NCBI GenBank assembly: GCA_976551045.1
Contig: CDPCPM010000317.1
Location: forward strand, 3,162,001 to 3,226,000
Direction: 5' to 3'
Origin: Glaucostegus cemiculus
Taxonomy: Eukaryota
DNA length: 64,000 nt
Each line of letters starts with the position of its first letter. Position 1 is the first letter of the stretch. This document shows, one piece after another, positions 34,776 through 48,540 of this stretch. Made by a program: the position numbers and the translations under genes. The notes under the pieces were generated by a model. The model was given only the letters and a program-made list of their open reading frames with translations. It searched no databases and was not told where the DNA came from.

Positions 34776-35649
34776 GGAAATGCATTCCTACAAGCCACCA
34801 GTCCAGGCAAAGCATCTCCTCCAACAACCTCCACCCCACTCCAGTCCATCAGGGGACGGGGCTCTGCAGTAACATGCTGGGAAACAGGAGTTAGTCATCA
34901 TAGGTTCTCAGGAACGTAGAGCTGGGGTTACAGTCAGATCAGCCATGAGCTTATTTAATGGCAGAACAGGTTTGAGGCGCCGAGTGGATCTCTGTTTCTC
35001 ACCACTCCAGGCAGCAGCTACAGCATTTGTCCAGTCACTCTCCCTCGCATCACACAGCACTGATGCAGTTTGTATTCCTGGAGTGAGCACACTCCAAGAG
35101 GAGGGAGAAAGGGAATGAAGCCAGGGAGGAGCAGATCATAGTCTCCATTTTGTGTTCTGAGATTGCCGTCCCACCCATCGGAATCTGGTTTGTATCAGTG
35201 GGAGTTGGGACTGATTCAGACTCTCGTGCAATAAACCACAAACATGGTACAAATTCATTTAATCTCAGCCTGTTACCACCCAGCTGAAACCCTGTCGAGA
35301 CCTCCGTTCCATCTGCTGCTCACCCTGTCTGCAGCAGCTGAACTTAACAGACTGTGGGATGACTCTTTCACCAGTACTGGTAATTAGGATTAATTATTTC
35401 CTTGTGGGCCTATTGCAAATATTGACATATAAAAAGGGACATACAATCAAAATCAAATCAATTTCCAGAACTTAAATTTGATCCTTGAAAGCGTAAAAAC
35501 TAATTTCCAACGCGGTGGTGGGTTGGTTTCATGGCAAGTGGGCTGGTTTCACCAGCCTAAGGTTTCTCTCCACAGACATGGCAGGGTTAGGGTCAGGGCT
35601 GGGGTACCCAGATCTGGGTGGGATGCCGGGGAGGGGTGGGGTCAAGACT

Positions 35650-35830
35650 ACATGGCTGATTGATTGGCTGTTGTAAATTATCCCCAGTAGAAGTGGCTGG
35701 TGGAGGAAATAAAACGGGGGATAGTTAATGGGTGTGAGAGAGAATAGTTTGCAGGGAAATAAATGGGGAATGGGATTGATGGGTTTCTCTGAAAGCTGGC
35801 ATAGACTCGATGGGCTGAATATCATAAAAT
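35650..35830 (+). mobile_element. V-SINE 3' half
   Basis: gtaaattatcccc...ggggaatgggatt...gctggcatagactcgatgggctgaat, similar to 49830-49950. Confidence 0.6.
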
Positions 35831-37084
35831 ATGAAACATAATATATTATAAGGTATTGGCACCACTGTTAACTGGTAGTTTTATAACCCTGTAATGGAGT
35901 TAGAGAGGTTCAGAGCAACTGAGACCACATAGAGTATACATTAATGATTCTTCTTCACCAGAGGAAGTATCTCTTTCTTCAAGCAAATAAAGCTTTTGAC
36001 AATCTCAACGCCTTCGGTAAAGCTCCACTGTTCTGTTGGGGATACCAGTCTCCACTCATCCCCAGCATGGGGAAAGGGTTTGCGTGCTGCCACTGCTTTC
36101 TGCGATGGGAGCCCCAAATCCCAACTAAGGAAGGTCACCCCACCCATCCAGTGACACGCAGAGTCTGATCAACACATCATGCTTGTGTTCCAGTGTTGAA
36201 TGCCCCTCTCAGTGTTACTTGCGTTGCCACCTCTAGGGAATTTCATTCCTTGTGAAGTAAGATGCATTTTCAACTGGCTCAATTATTAGGTTTCCTTCCA
36301 AGTATTTGGCAGTCCATGTCTTTGCCAAACCATCTGTTCCCTTCAACATTGTCCAAGTCAAAATCAGCCTATTGGTGAGGTAGAGGGAAGCTGGCACTAT
36401 CCCCTGGGAGACATCCCCCCGACACTTCTCCAATCAAGCAAGGGACATTAACCCCACCACTTGTGTCTGTCCCTCAGAAATCTCCTGCACAAGACCCACT
36501 GAGTAAAGAACACCTTCAGAAGCTCAGTACTAAGTTCATCAAACACAGCTCATCGTTATCAAATACTGATCATCAGCTGCTGACTTGGTTGCATTCTCAA
36601 TGGTCACTGATTAATTCTTGAATTATGCATTCTAACGGCTTGGCCCCACAGAGGGAAGGTCAGAAGGTTGTTGCAGGGTAAACTCTGTAATACTGCATTG
36701 GTTAAACACTGACTACTGACCAGAAGTCCCTTAGCCTTGACTCTGACCACTGGTATTGAGCTCCTCTGATCCAGTTAGTGACGTAAGTTGCAGCAATTCC
36801 ATCCTCAGGAAGAGAGCAAGGTTGGAGTACTTCGGAAATTCTCCACCCTGGAAGCTGTGAACGCTGGATCACTGAAGGAGTTTAAGGAGGAGGTAGTTAA
36901 CTGTGTTAAAGATCGGGGAACTGGCACAGAAGAGGAGATGAGGCCTGAGGTAGACATTGGTGAGGAGTGCCCTTCTCCTGCTCCTTGTGTTTTTGTGTCA
37001 CCACTGGCCAGTAACCAAGCTCCACCTCTCTGATGATGCCAGATCAATCTTTGATTCACCGAACGATGGATTCCATCTGGTGCC

Positions 37085-37493
37085 TGTCATGATTCTGAGT
37101 ACTGGCCCTTGGTTTGGTTCATTAGATGCCTCATTGTACAGCACATGGATTCCATGCTGGACTGATTGCACAATGACACACACCTGAGCCCCATCAGGGG
37201 CCTAGCATAAGTACCTGGGTTTCGCTAGCACTAGTTGCCAGAGGATTGGTCAACTTTGAAGATTCAATTTGGTTCCTAGCTGTTTAGAGTGGTCTACTCC
37301 AGAGCAGTCCTGTGTTCTCTTGTCCTGCTTGAAGATTCCGTTTGTGTTGGGATTACTACTCAGATCTCCGAGGCAAGATTTCCTTCCAGTGTTGCCTGTG
37401 TCCGGTCCTGAGGAAGTATCCTGACTCCAGTCTTGTACCAGTGTGCTGCATTTGGGTTCTCTATGAGCTTGCCCATCAATCAACATTGTGACA
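37085..37493 (+). mobile_element. Solo LTR, copy 2 (409 bp)
   Basis: TGTCATG...GTGACA termini; perfect 5-bp TSD GTGCC (37080-37084, 37494-37498). Confidence 0.85.
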
Positions 37494-38419
37494 GTGCCTC
37501 AGTGTGTGAGAGCAGTCCATTCACTACTCCTTTGGGACCATCATCTGCAAAAAACAATCCAGCCAATGGTTTCTGAAGTAGGAGTGACTGCAGCCAGATG
37601 GGAAATGATACCTTGTTGTTTCTTCCCCATTACCCCTCCATTTACCCCATCCCAAGTACTGAAACCAGCAGAACAAAGATGGACATCCTGGGGCTTGGTT
37701 TAATTCTGCACCGAGAGTAGTTACTGAGGGAAGTTAGAAAAGCTCAGTTCTGACTTGCAATCACGACAACATGAATCACATTCCCACCAAGTTAACCTCA
37801 AACAGCTGGTACAGCATAGGCCACAACCAGGGTCTCCCATTAAAAAAAACCATGCACATCAACAGAGATTGAACATTTGCCCTTGCAAAATAAAACCCGA
37901 GGATAAAATGGAACCAAAAGACATTTAAAGTAATTAAAGGTGATTTGACCATGGCAATGTTTCCCTGTATTTATTTAAAGATGCTTCCATTGCACCCTCA
38001 AGCACACAACAGTCATATCCAGGAACTGCTTGCATTATTGAAACCCCCTAAACATCGTTCATTATCTTGCAGGCACTTTTGAAATGATCTTTACCGTCAC
38101 TTCATGGACAAAAAATTATCTTTCCTAAAATTAAAATTCTCTTAACCCCTCTGTGGAAGTCCCTCATAACACTTTAGGGGCTGCCATTCAGTTTGTGAAT
38201 GCTTCCTCTGTGACTCCTGCCACTGATTAATTTTATGCTCACGCTGCAACCTCGCTTGGGCAATCCTCAGTCCGGTCCACCTTAAAATTTTAATAAATTA
38301 TTTCTTTCAGCCCCAAGGTTACAAATAAAAGAAGAAAGAAAGACTGCGGGGACATTAAGCCCAATCTTCAGGAGAAGGTCAGAGGAGGCAAGAGTGGGAG
38401 AGAAAGATGTTTTATTCAT

Positions 38420-38725
38420 TTTCCCAGGGCAGGAGAGTCTTAAACTGGAAGACACAGATGCAGGTGAGAGGGGAAAGATTTAAGAGACCTGAGGGGTAAG
38501 CTTTTCACAAAGAGGTGTGTGGAACAAACTGCCAGAAGGGGTGGTAGAGGTGAGTACAGTTACAATAGTTAAAAGACATTTGGACAGGTTCATAGATAGG
38601 AAAGGTTTAGAGGGATATGGGTCAACTGCAGGCAAATGGGACTGGCTCAGATAGACATCTTGGCCGGCATTGACCAGTTGGGCCAAAGGGCCTGTTTCTG
38701 TGCTGTATGACTCTATAACTCTATT
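38420..38725 (+). mobile_element. CR1 3' end
   Basis: ttttcccagggcaggagagtct...tggaacaaactgccaga...gggccaaagggcctgtttctgtgctgtatgactctataactcta. Confidence 0.85.
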
Positions 38726-38739
38726 TTCAGGACCTGAGC

Positions 38740-39130
38740 ATCTCTGGCAAGACCAGCATTTATTGCTCATCCCTAAATGCCCTCAAGACATCTTCCTGAG
38801 CCTTTTTGGTGAAGGTATTTTTTCTCTGTGAACGTGACAGTAATGGTACAACTGAATGGTTGGGATGCCATTTCAGAAGGCATTTAAGAGACATCCACAC
38901 ATGGGTTGGTCTGGAGTCACATCCAGTCTAGACTGGGCGAGGACAGGTTTCCTCCCTGAAAGGGTATGGATTTTTAACCACAGCTTTGTGTTTTTGGTCA
39001 TCATTACTGAGACCAGTTTCTACGGTTTGTCCAAATTCCAGGTGGTTAACTGAAGTTAAATTCCACCAGAGTCATAGTGGGAGTCATAGTGTCCCTAGAT
39101 AGTCAGTCCACGTCCCTCAGAGGTCTGGTT
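38740..39130 (-). mobile_element. tRNA-type SINE with family-B LINE tail
   Basis: ccagcatttattgctcatccctaaatgccc...ccatttcagaaggcatttaagag...tctggagtcacat...ttaaattccaccag; homologous to 4750-5130. Confidence 0.7.
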
Positions 39131-39159
39131 ATTTAATCACTGCACAACTTCAATACACA

Positions 39160-40206
39160 GTGAGAGAACCTGGGAGGGAGAGAACGTGTGAGAGAGAAAA
39201 TGTGACTGAACCTATGATCACTGTTGAAGACGGAAGGTCAGTCTGCTGGAGAGTGAACACGAGGAAGGCATCTGGCCCAGATGGTGTCCCTGGCCATGAG
39301 CTCAGATCTTGTGCTGATCAGCTGGCAGAAGTATTTGTCGACATATTCAACCTCTCCCTGCTTCAATCTCAGGTTCCCATCTGTTTTAAGAAGACCACTA
39401 TCATCCTGGTACCGAAGAAGAGCAAGGTAACATGCATTAATGACTACCAACCAGTGTCTCTGACACCCACCATCATGAAGTGCTTTGAGAGGTTGGTCAT
39501 GTCACGCATCAACTCCAACCTCCCAGACAACCTCGACCCACTGCAATTCGCCTATCACCGAAACAGGTTCACAGTGGACATCGTCTCCCTGACCCGACAC
39601 TCAGCTCTGGAGCGGCGGGACAGTAAAGACATCTACGTTAGACTATTAATTATTGACTACAGCTCTGTCTTCAATACAATAATCCCAAGCAAACTTCTCA
39701 CCAAACTCCAAGACCTAGGACTCAACACCTCCCTTTGTAACTGGACCCTTGACTTTCTAACCAACAGAGCACAATCAGTGAGGATAGGCAGCAATATCTC
39801 TGGCACAATTATTCTCAAAACTGGTGCCTCACAAGGCTGCATCCTCAGCCCTCTACTCTACTCCCTATACGCTCATGACTTTGTGGCCAGATTCTGCTCT
39901 AACTCCATCTACAAGTCTGCAGATCATACCACCGTTGTGGGCCATATCTCAAACGGTGACGTGTCAGAGTACAGGAAGGAGATAGACATCTTAGTGGAAT
40001 GGAGTCATGACAACAACCTTTCCCTCAATGTCAACAAAATGAAAGAGTTGGTCATTGACTTCAGCAAAGGGGGCAGTGTACATGCACCTTTCTACATCAA
40101 CGGTGCTGAGGTCGAGAGGGTTGAGAGCTTCAATTTCCTAGGAGTGAACATCACCATGAGCCTGTCCTGGTCAAATCACATAGATGCCGCAGACCAGAAA
40201 GCTTAA
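39160..40206 (+). pseudogene. Non-LTR reverse transcriptase pseudogene (348-aa open frame)
   Basis: [52 protein letters not shown]. The catalytic (Y/F)ADD motif reads SADH, so the enzyme is probably inactive. Confidence 0.9.
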
Positions 40207-40860
40207 CAGCACCTCTACTTCCTCAGGAGGCTAAAGAAATTTGGCATGTCCCCTCTGACTCTCACCAACTTTTATTGATGCACCATAGAAAGCATCCTTC
40301 CTGGATGTATCACGTCTTGGTATGGGAAGTGCTCTGTCCAGAACCACAAGAAACTGCAGAGAGTTGTGAACACAGCCTAGTGCACCACGGTCACCAGCCT
40401 CCCCTCCTTGGACTCTGTCTTTACCTCTCGCGGTCTTGGTGAAGCAGCCAGCATAATCAAAGACCCCACCCACCTGGGACACTCTCTCTTCTCTCCTCTT
40501 CCATCGGGTAGATGATTCAGGACCCTGAGGGCATGTACCACCAGACTTAAGGACAGTTTCTACCACACTGTGATAAGACTATTGATCAGCTTTATATGAT
40601 GAGATGGACTCTGACCTCACGATCTACCTTGTTGCGACCTTCCACCTTATTGCACTGCACTTTCTCTGTAGCTGTGATACTTTGTACGGTTATTGCTTTT
40701 ACCTGTACTATATCATTGCACTCTGCACTACCTCAATGCACTCTGTAATAACTCAATGTAATTGCACTGTGTAATGAATTGACCTGTGCAATCGATATAC
40801 AAGACAAGTTTTTCACCGTACCTTGGTACAAGTGAAAATAATAAACCAATACCAATACCA
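39200..40860 (+). mobile_element. 5'-truncated Rex1/Babar-clade LINE with reverse transcriptase domain and 3' UTR
   Basis: Contains ORF 39160-40206; ORF2 continues with stops to ~40590; the 3' UTR ends tttcaccgtaccttggtacaagtgaaaataataaa(ccaata)n. Confidence 0.85.
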
Positions 40861-43534
40861 TTGAGGAAGGGAGAGAGAGAAAGAGAGAGGGAGAATGTGT
40901 GAGCAAGAGAGCATGCATTATGCAACCTTAACTAAGTTCAGTAGTAACACACCCACAGATATCTGCTGAAAGTATTATATGAATTCATGAATGAAGAATT
41001 GCAAATGAGGTAGATTCCAGAGGATTGTACCCATGTGAGACTCGTCAGAAGATAAAGTGAGGGATGGGGCAACGAATGGAAGTGTAGAGAGAAACCTATA
41101 AAGATCATCAAGAAGAGGATTCACTCCATCAACAAAATGTGACTGCAGTGGTGTGAGTCACGATGTAGGATGAGGCCCCTTGCTTCATGTCTGGGGGCTT
41201 TACTCAGTGCTGTGGGAGAGTCTAGTTCCAGGTGGAAACACTGATAAGATTGTGAATTGTTGCTGCAATGGAGTGAAATAATCAAGATAGCACCTGGCAG
41301 AGATCGAACTGATTCATTTAATCATCTTGACTGTGGTTCAATGAAAACGCAGTTATTTCTCAAATAAAATACATGCTGTTCTGTGGGAAATCAAATGATG
41401 TTTTCCCCAACATTTTATTGCTTCAAGTGGGTTCAGCCACACACATTTTACTTGTTCCAGAGACTTCACTGTTTGGATTGATATGTGATCTGGGGCAGCT
41501 TGTACCACAGCAATCCAAAGGCCAATTCCAGCTTACTTGCTCATTAACAAGCATCACTTTATCCTCTCCTACAGAAGTTAATGAATCTCATTGCTGTATA
41601 ATTGCACTGGCAGCAGCATCGGTGCCTTTCACCCCGAGTGAACCTCAGCAGTTCAAATCAGCAGGTCATTCACTTGGAGGGGGCATCTCACTGAGATCAG
41701 CATATCAGTCAGGAGGCACAGGCTTTGCAGAGGGTGCATGGACAGTGATCACTAAAAATCCTGCAATCCTTCCTTTCTTCTGAAGTCAAAACTCACATCA
41801 CTTCTCAAGACAACCCATGAACCCAAGAAACTGGAGGTGTTTCACACTCCTCCCAAGTCCTGCATTTGAGAGGTCGTGAAATATCTCGGATGCTTTGCAG
41901 TCAGCATGTTATTAGAACACAGAACGTAGAACATTACAGCATAGTACAGGCCCTCCAGCCCATGATGTTGTGCTGACCTTTTAACCACCTCTAAGATCAA
42001 ACTAACCATTCCCTCCCATATACCCCACCATTTTTCTATCATCCATGTGCCTATTTAAGAGTCTCTTATATGTCCCTAATGTATCTGCCACTACCAGCAC
42101 CCTGGCAGCGCCTTCCATGCACCCACCACTCTCTATGTGATAAAAGAACTTAACTCTGACATCCCCGCTGTACTTTCTTCCAATCACCCTAACCTTATAG
42201 GCCCTCGTGTTAGCCATTTCCACCCTGGGAAAAAGACTCTGGCTGTTTACTTAATCAATGCCTCTTGTCACCTTGTACACCTCTATCAAGTCACTCCTCA
42301 TCCTCCTTCGATTCAAAGAGAAAAGCCCTAGCTCACTCAACCTATTCTCATAAGACATGCTCTCCAATCCAGGCAGCATCCTGGTAAATCTACCCTGCAC
42401 TCTTTCTAAGGCTCTACATCCTATAATGAGGCGACCAGAAACGAATACAATACTTTTAAGTGTGGTCTAACCAGGGATTTATAGTGCTGCAACATTACCT
42501 CAAGGCTCTTGAACTCAGTCCCCCAATGAATGAAGGCCAACACACCATACACCTTCTTAACAACCCTATTAATTTGCTTGGCAACTTTGAGGGATCTATG
42601 GACTTGGACTTCAAGATCCCTCTGTTCCTCCACACTGCTAAGAATCCTGCCATTAACTCAGTATTCTGCCTTCAAATTTGACCTTCCAAAGTGAATCACT
42701 TCACACTTTTCCACGTTGAACTCCACCTGCCACTTCTCAGCCCAGCTCTGAATCCCATCAATATCCTGTAACCCACACTATCCTCAACACCACCAACCTT
42801 CATGTTGTCTGCAAACTTACTAACCCAACTTTCCACTTCCTCGTCCAAATCATTTATAAAATGAATATGCTCCATCTATCACCACCCTCTGTCTTCTATG
42901 GGCGAGCTAATTCTGAATCCACACAGCCAAGTTTCCCTGAATCCCATGCCTCCTGACTTTCTGAATAATCCTTCCATGAGGAACCTTATCAAACACCTTA
43001 CTAAAATCCATGTACACCACACCCACTGCTCTATCTTCATCAATGTGCTCTCTTACATCATCAGGCTCATGAGGCAAGACCTGCCCCTCACAAAGCCATC
43101 CTGACTGTTGCTAATCAGCCTATGCTTCTCTAAATGCTCATAAATTCTGTCTATAAGAATCTTCTCCAGTAATAAGAATCTACTCCACCACTGAAGTAAG
43201 ACTCACTGGTCTGTAATTCCCAGGATTGTCCCTACTTCCTTTCTTAAACAGAGGAACAACATTTACCACCTTCCAATAATCCGGCACTACTCCTGTGGCC
43301 AGGGAGGGTGCAAAGATCATTGCAAAAGGCACAGCAACCTCTTCCCTAGCTTCCTGTAATAACCTTGGATATATCCCATCTGGCCCCAGTGATTTACCTA
43401 TCCTTATGTCTTTCTATAGTTCCAGCACATTCTCTTTCCTCACATTGACATACCCAAGCATATCAGCCTGTCATATGTCATCTTCACAAATGTCAAGGTT
43501 TCTCTCTCTGGTGAATATTGAAGCAAAGAATTCA

Positions 43535-46140
43535 ACTTTGGGTCATTTTCTCCATGGAGGTCAGTGACCAGTAGTGTACCTCAGGGATCTGTCCTGGGAC
43601 CCTTACTCTTTGTGATTTTTATAAATGACCTGGATGAGGAAGTGGAGGGATGGTTTAGTAAGTTTGCGGATGACACAAAGGTTGGATGTGTAGTGGATAA
43701 TATAGAGGGCTGTCAGAGGTTACAGTAGGACATAGACAGGATGCAAAGTTGGGCTGAGAAGTGGCAGATGCAATTCAACCCAGATAAGTATGAAGTAGTT
43801 CATTTTGATAGGTCAAATATGATGGCAGATTATAGGATCAGAGGGATCTTGGGGTACAAGTCCATAGGACGCTCAAAGCAGCTGCACAGGTTGACTCTGT
43901 GGTTAAGAAGGCATATGGTGTATGATACACCTTGAGTATCAATCCACACTTGAATTTTCATTATTCTCTATTTTAGGAGGTTCACTGCCTTTTGCACTTA
44001 CCAAATTAAGTAAATATATGACTAACCCGATCATTAAACATACATTACGAATATAGTTTCAATTTCGTAAATTCTTTGGATTGACTAAATTTATTTTGTC
44101 AAGTCCTATACAATCCAATTTTTTTTCAACCATCTAGACTAGATACAGCTTTTTCCTTATGGAAAAGGGAATAGTATGCTTTCGTGATTAATTCATTGGT
44201 AACTGTTTTTCATCTTTTGAACAGTTGTCCATTAAATATAATTTACCTAGATCACATTTTTTTATATATTTGCAGATTAGAAATTTTTTAAAAGCTACTA
44301 TACCCTCCTTTCTGTTTCTTTATGAAGATGAAATCATTGATAAAATTTTAGGTTTTAATCCCCATCAGAAGGGCTTGACAGCAATAATCTATAATTTACT
44401 TATGAAAATACAGGCAGACACTGGACAAAATTAAAAATGATTGGGAAAGTGAACTCCAGATATCTATATCTATAGAGACTTGGAAGAAAATTCTTCATTT
44501 AGTTAATACATCCTCAATGTGTGCCAGATACTCATTGATACAGTTTAAAGTTGTGCACAGGGCCTATACGTCCAAAGATAAGCTAGCTCGTTTTTATGAC
44601 TGTATAAACCCTATATGTGACAGATGCAATTCGAATGTGGCTTCTTTGACGCATATGTTCTAGTCCTGTCCTTATTTGGAAAAATATTGGAAAGACATTT
44701 TTAATATTATTTCAGATGTATTGAAGATCGTTTTACAACCTCACCCTATTACTGCAATTTTTGGATTACCATGGATAAAGTCTGGCCATTTATCTGCTCC
44801 TGCTAACCGTATGATTGCTTTTGTTACACTGATGGCCAAATGAGCCATACTGCTTAAGTGGAAGGATCCAATACCCCCTACCACCTTTCAATGGTTCTCT
44901 CAAACTATATCATGTCTTAATTTGGAAAAAAATTAGGAGTGGTACTGTTGATTCTTTGCTTAAATTTGAAGATATTTGGAGTCCATTTATTTAATATTTT
45001 CACAAGGTATAGTTTCCCCTTATATAACTTTTTTTAAATTCAGAAAAACGGAGCTGACGACATCATATTGTTCTATTTCTATTGAAAATTTTAGCCCAGT
45101 TTTTTTTTCCTTGTTTTGTTTTTTCTCTTTTTTTAATTCATTTTCGATTTAATTTACTTTATATTATTATGATTTTTTTTATTGATCTGGGTTTTTTTTG
45201 GGTTTTTTTCTAATTATATAACAAATCTTTTTCTTTTCTATCTTTTACATTACACTTATGAACCAAGAGGTCGTTGGAACTATTTCTTTTATATATATCA
45301 TACTCTATTGCTTTTTTTTTATGATTACCTACGATTGTTGCTTGATATTTCTATAATACATGTGTAAACATTGTTGTTATATATTTTAACCTGTATTGAT
45401 TTGTTATCAATAAAAAAGATTGAAAAAGATTATAGGATCAGAGGGATCTTGGGGTACAAGTCCATAGGACGCTCAAAGCAGTTGCACAGGTTGACTCTAT
45501 GGTTAAGAAGGCATATGGTATATTGTCCTTCATCAATCGGGGAATTGAATTTAGGAGCCAAGAGGTATTGTTGCAGCTATATAGGTCCCTGGTCAGACCC
45601 CACTTGGAGTACTGTGCTCAGTTCTGGTCATCTCAATACAAGAAGGAAGTGGAAGCCATAGAGAGGGTGCAGAGGAGATTTACAAGGATGTTGTCTGGAT
45701 TTGCAGTGCATGCCTTATGAAAGCAGGTTGAGGGAACTCGGCCTTTTCTCCTTGGAGCAACGGAGGATGAGGGGTGGCCTGGTAGAGGTGTATAAGATGA
45801 TGAGAGGCGTTGATCGGGTAGGTAGTCAGAGGCTTTACCCCAGAGCTGAAATGGTTGCCGCAAGAGGACACAGGTTTAAGGAGCTGGGGAGTATGTATAG
45901 AGGAGATGTCAGGGGTAAGTTTTTTTACTCAGAGAGTGGTGAGTGTATGGAATGGGCTGCCGGCAACAGTGGTGGAAGCGGAAATGATAGGGTCTTTTAT
46001 GAAACTTTTGGATAGGTACATGAAGCTGAGAAAAATAGAGGGCTAAAGGTAAGCCTAGTAATTTCTAAGGTAGGGACATGCTCGGCAGAGCTTTTGTGGG
46101 CCGAAGGGCCTGAATTGTGCTGTAGGTTTTCTATGTTTCT
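43535..46140 (+). mobile_element. Inner CR1 LINE 3' portion, itself interrupted by an L1
   Basis: cctcagggatctgtcctgggaccc (PQGSVLGP), tttgcggatgacaca (FADDT), ORFs 43741-43935 and 45499-45720 (LYRSLVRPHLEYCAQFWS), tail ttttctatgtttct. Confidence 0.9.
43924..45426 (+). mobile_element. 5'-truncated L1/Tx1-clade LINE (ORF2 C-terminus with Cys/His motif, T-rich 3' UTR)
   Basis: Hand translation near 44500-44700 gives LVNTSSMCARYSLIQFKVVHRAY...NPICDRCNSNVASLTHMF*SCP. AT-rich, ends aataaaaaagattgaaaa, and is flanked by a 97-bp direct duplication. Confidence 0.85.
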
Positions 46141-48430
46141 ATTAAGGACCTCCCCTACCTCCTCTGACTCCAGGCACGTTTCCTCTTTTATCCCTGATCA
46201 GTCCTACCCTCCCTCTAGTCATCCTCCTATTCTTCACATACGTGTAAAATGCCTTGGGATTTTCCTTGATCCTACTCACCAAGGACTTCTCATGCCCCCT
46301 TCTAGCTCTCCTAAGTCCATTCTTAAGCTCTCTCCTAGATACCTTGTAACTCTCGAGAGTCTTGTCTGATCCTTGCTTCTGAAATCTTAAGTAAGCTTCT
46401 TCCTTCCTCTTCACTAGATATTTACATCTCTTGTCAACCATGGTTCCTTTTCCGGTCTCAGTGGTACAAACCTATCCAGAACCCCATGCAAGTGATCACT
46501 AAACAACCTCCATGTTTCCATTGTGCACGTCCCCAGGAACATCTCTTCCTAATTTATTCTCCCAAGTTCCTGCCTAATAGCATCATAATTCTCCCTCCCC
46601 CACTTAAATACTTTCCCATACTGTCTGCTCCTATCCCTCTCCAAAGCAAAGTTAAAGGTCAGGGAGTTGTGGTCACCGTCTCTGAAATGCTCACCCACCG
46701 AGAGATCTGACACTTGCTTAGTAACAGATCCAGAATGGCCTCTCCTCTAGCTGGCCTGTCTACATAATGTGTCAGGAATCCTTCCTGACTACCTCACAAA
46801 TTCTGTCCCATCCAGACCTTTTGCACTGTGAAAGTGCCAATTAACGTTAAGGAAGTTGAAATCACCCATGACAACAACCCTGTTATTTTTGCACCTTTCC
46901 AAAGTCTTGAGTCCCAATCTATTCCTCAGTGCCTCTGCTGCTGTTGGGGAGGTCTATAGAATACTCCCAATAGAGCATTCACTCCCTTCCTGTTACTGAC
47001 CTCCACCCACACTGACTCAGTAGATAATTCCTCCAGGATGTCTTCTCTTTCTGCAGCAGTGATACTATACCTGATTAGCAATGCCACTTCCCCACCTCTT
47101 TTATCTCCCTCCATGTCCCTTTTGAAACATCTAAACCCCGGAACATCCAGCAACCATTCCTACCCTTGTGACAGCCATGTCTCTGTAGTGGCCACAACAT
47201 CGTAGTTCCATTTACTGACCCATGCTCTGTTCATCACCCTTGTTCCTGATACTTCTTGCAGAAAAATAGACACATTTAACTCATCCAACTGTATGCAAAT
47301 TTTGCCCTATCAACTGCCTATTCTTCCTCACAGTCTCTCTACACAACTGCCTATCCTTAACACACTAACATTTAACACACTAATGCATGGATTTCCTCAG
47401 TCACTGGTGGTGAAGCAACATCATTCAGTACAGAGATCTCTGGACATTTGGGGAGTGTGGGGAACAAGACTAAAGCTGAGGACTTTCTCCTTACCGAAAA
47501 GCAACGATTAAGAACTGAGGCCAAGCCACAAGGAAATGGACATTGGAGCCCTGTCTTTACAAAAAATCCATCATTAACCCCTGGGATCATCAGCCTATCT
47601 GAAGAGGCCCAATCTTTTCGTTCCCCATCGCTCACATAAGATGAATGAAGCAAAAGCCACATCTGTGATTTTAACAAAATAGAAAATCATTTCTCTGTCA
47701 GTCAACAGGTGGCATTGTGATCCCAAGGGAACGATCGTTTCAGTTGACCTGCTCCAGTGAAAGGATGAGGTATAGAAATCAAACATTATCTCATCACATT
47801 TCTACCAATTCTCTGACAGCATCAAATTCCATTCCTTAATAAAGCCCATTCTATCTTTGAGCAAAAGCAAATAACCCAGCAAGAGGAAATCTCATTTCAA
47901 CTTAAACTGTTTTACATTCCAAACAAATTGGATTACAGCTGTACTTTTCTAAACTAGAAAGAAATGGTACAGATACTTGTAGCCTGACAGACACCGTGCA
48001 TGAGATTGCATTGTTCAAAACTCTTCTTCATTCGCTGATGGACAATCTGACAGCCTTGTTAATTTTAGATGATGTCATTGAAGTGAAAACAAGATTCACT
48101 CTGCCCTTCCATGATTTCAGACGGAGGTAGGGGGTTGTTGGGTTAGGGGTGGATGATACAACTGGGTCAGGGGGGTAAGTGGCCTCTTTCTGTTCCTGGT
48201 GAAGATGGAACAAACAGCCTTGAAGCAATCTTCATCCAAACCTACAAAGCTCCTTTCATGTTCCTCCCTACCCACTCACCCAAACCTTTCATTCCATCAC
48301 ATGTGCTCTTTAATATTCAGGAAGGATGAAAATGAACAGTGTATGATCAAGGCAATCATGTTTATGCAAATGAAAAGACTGTGGAAAGACGGGGTGAAAA
48401 TTACAACCAAATAAATTCACCTTTACTTTT

Positions 48431-48540
48431 CTAAAGACGTACGGGTAGGTTAATTTGGGGGTTTAGAATGGGTGGCGCGGACTCGTTGGGACGAAAGGGC
48501 CTGTTACCACGCTGTAAATAAAATTTTAAAAAGTTAAAAG
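48431..48540 (+). mobile_element. 5'-truncated V-SINE with CR1-type tail
   Basis: Close match to 3170-3270 (gacgtacgggtag.ttaatttgggggttta...gaaagggcctgtt.ccacgctgtaaataaaatttt). Confidence 0.9.

Larger units (their letters stand above)
41912..47350 (-). mobile_element. Outer CR1 LINE split into 41912-43534 and 46141-47350 by a nested insertion
   Basis: gaagcaaagaattca(43534) joins (46142)ttaaggacctcccct, as in the uninterrupted sister copy at 26854-26885. Endonuclease ORF 46926-47153 (GVFYRPP); tail tagaacacagaacgtagaac. Confidence 0.9.
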
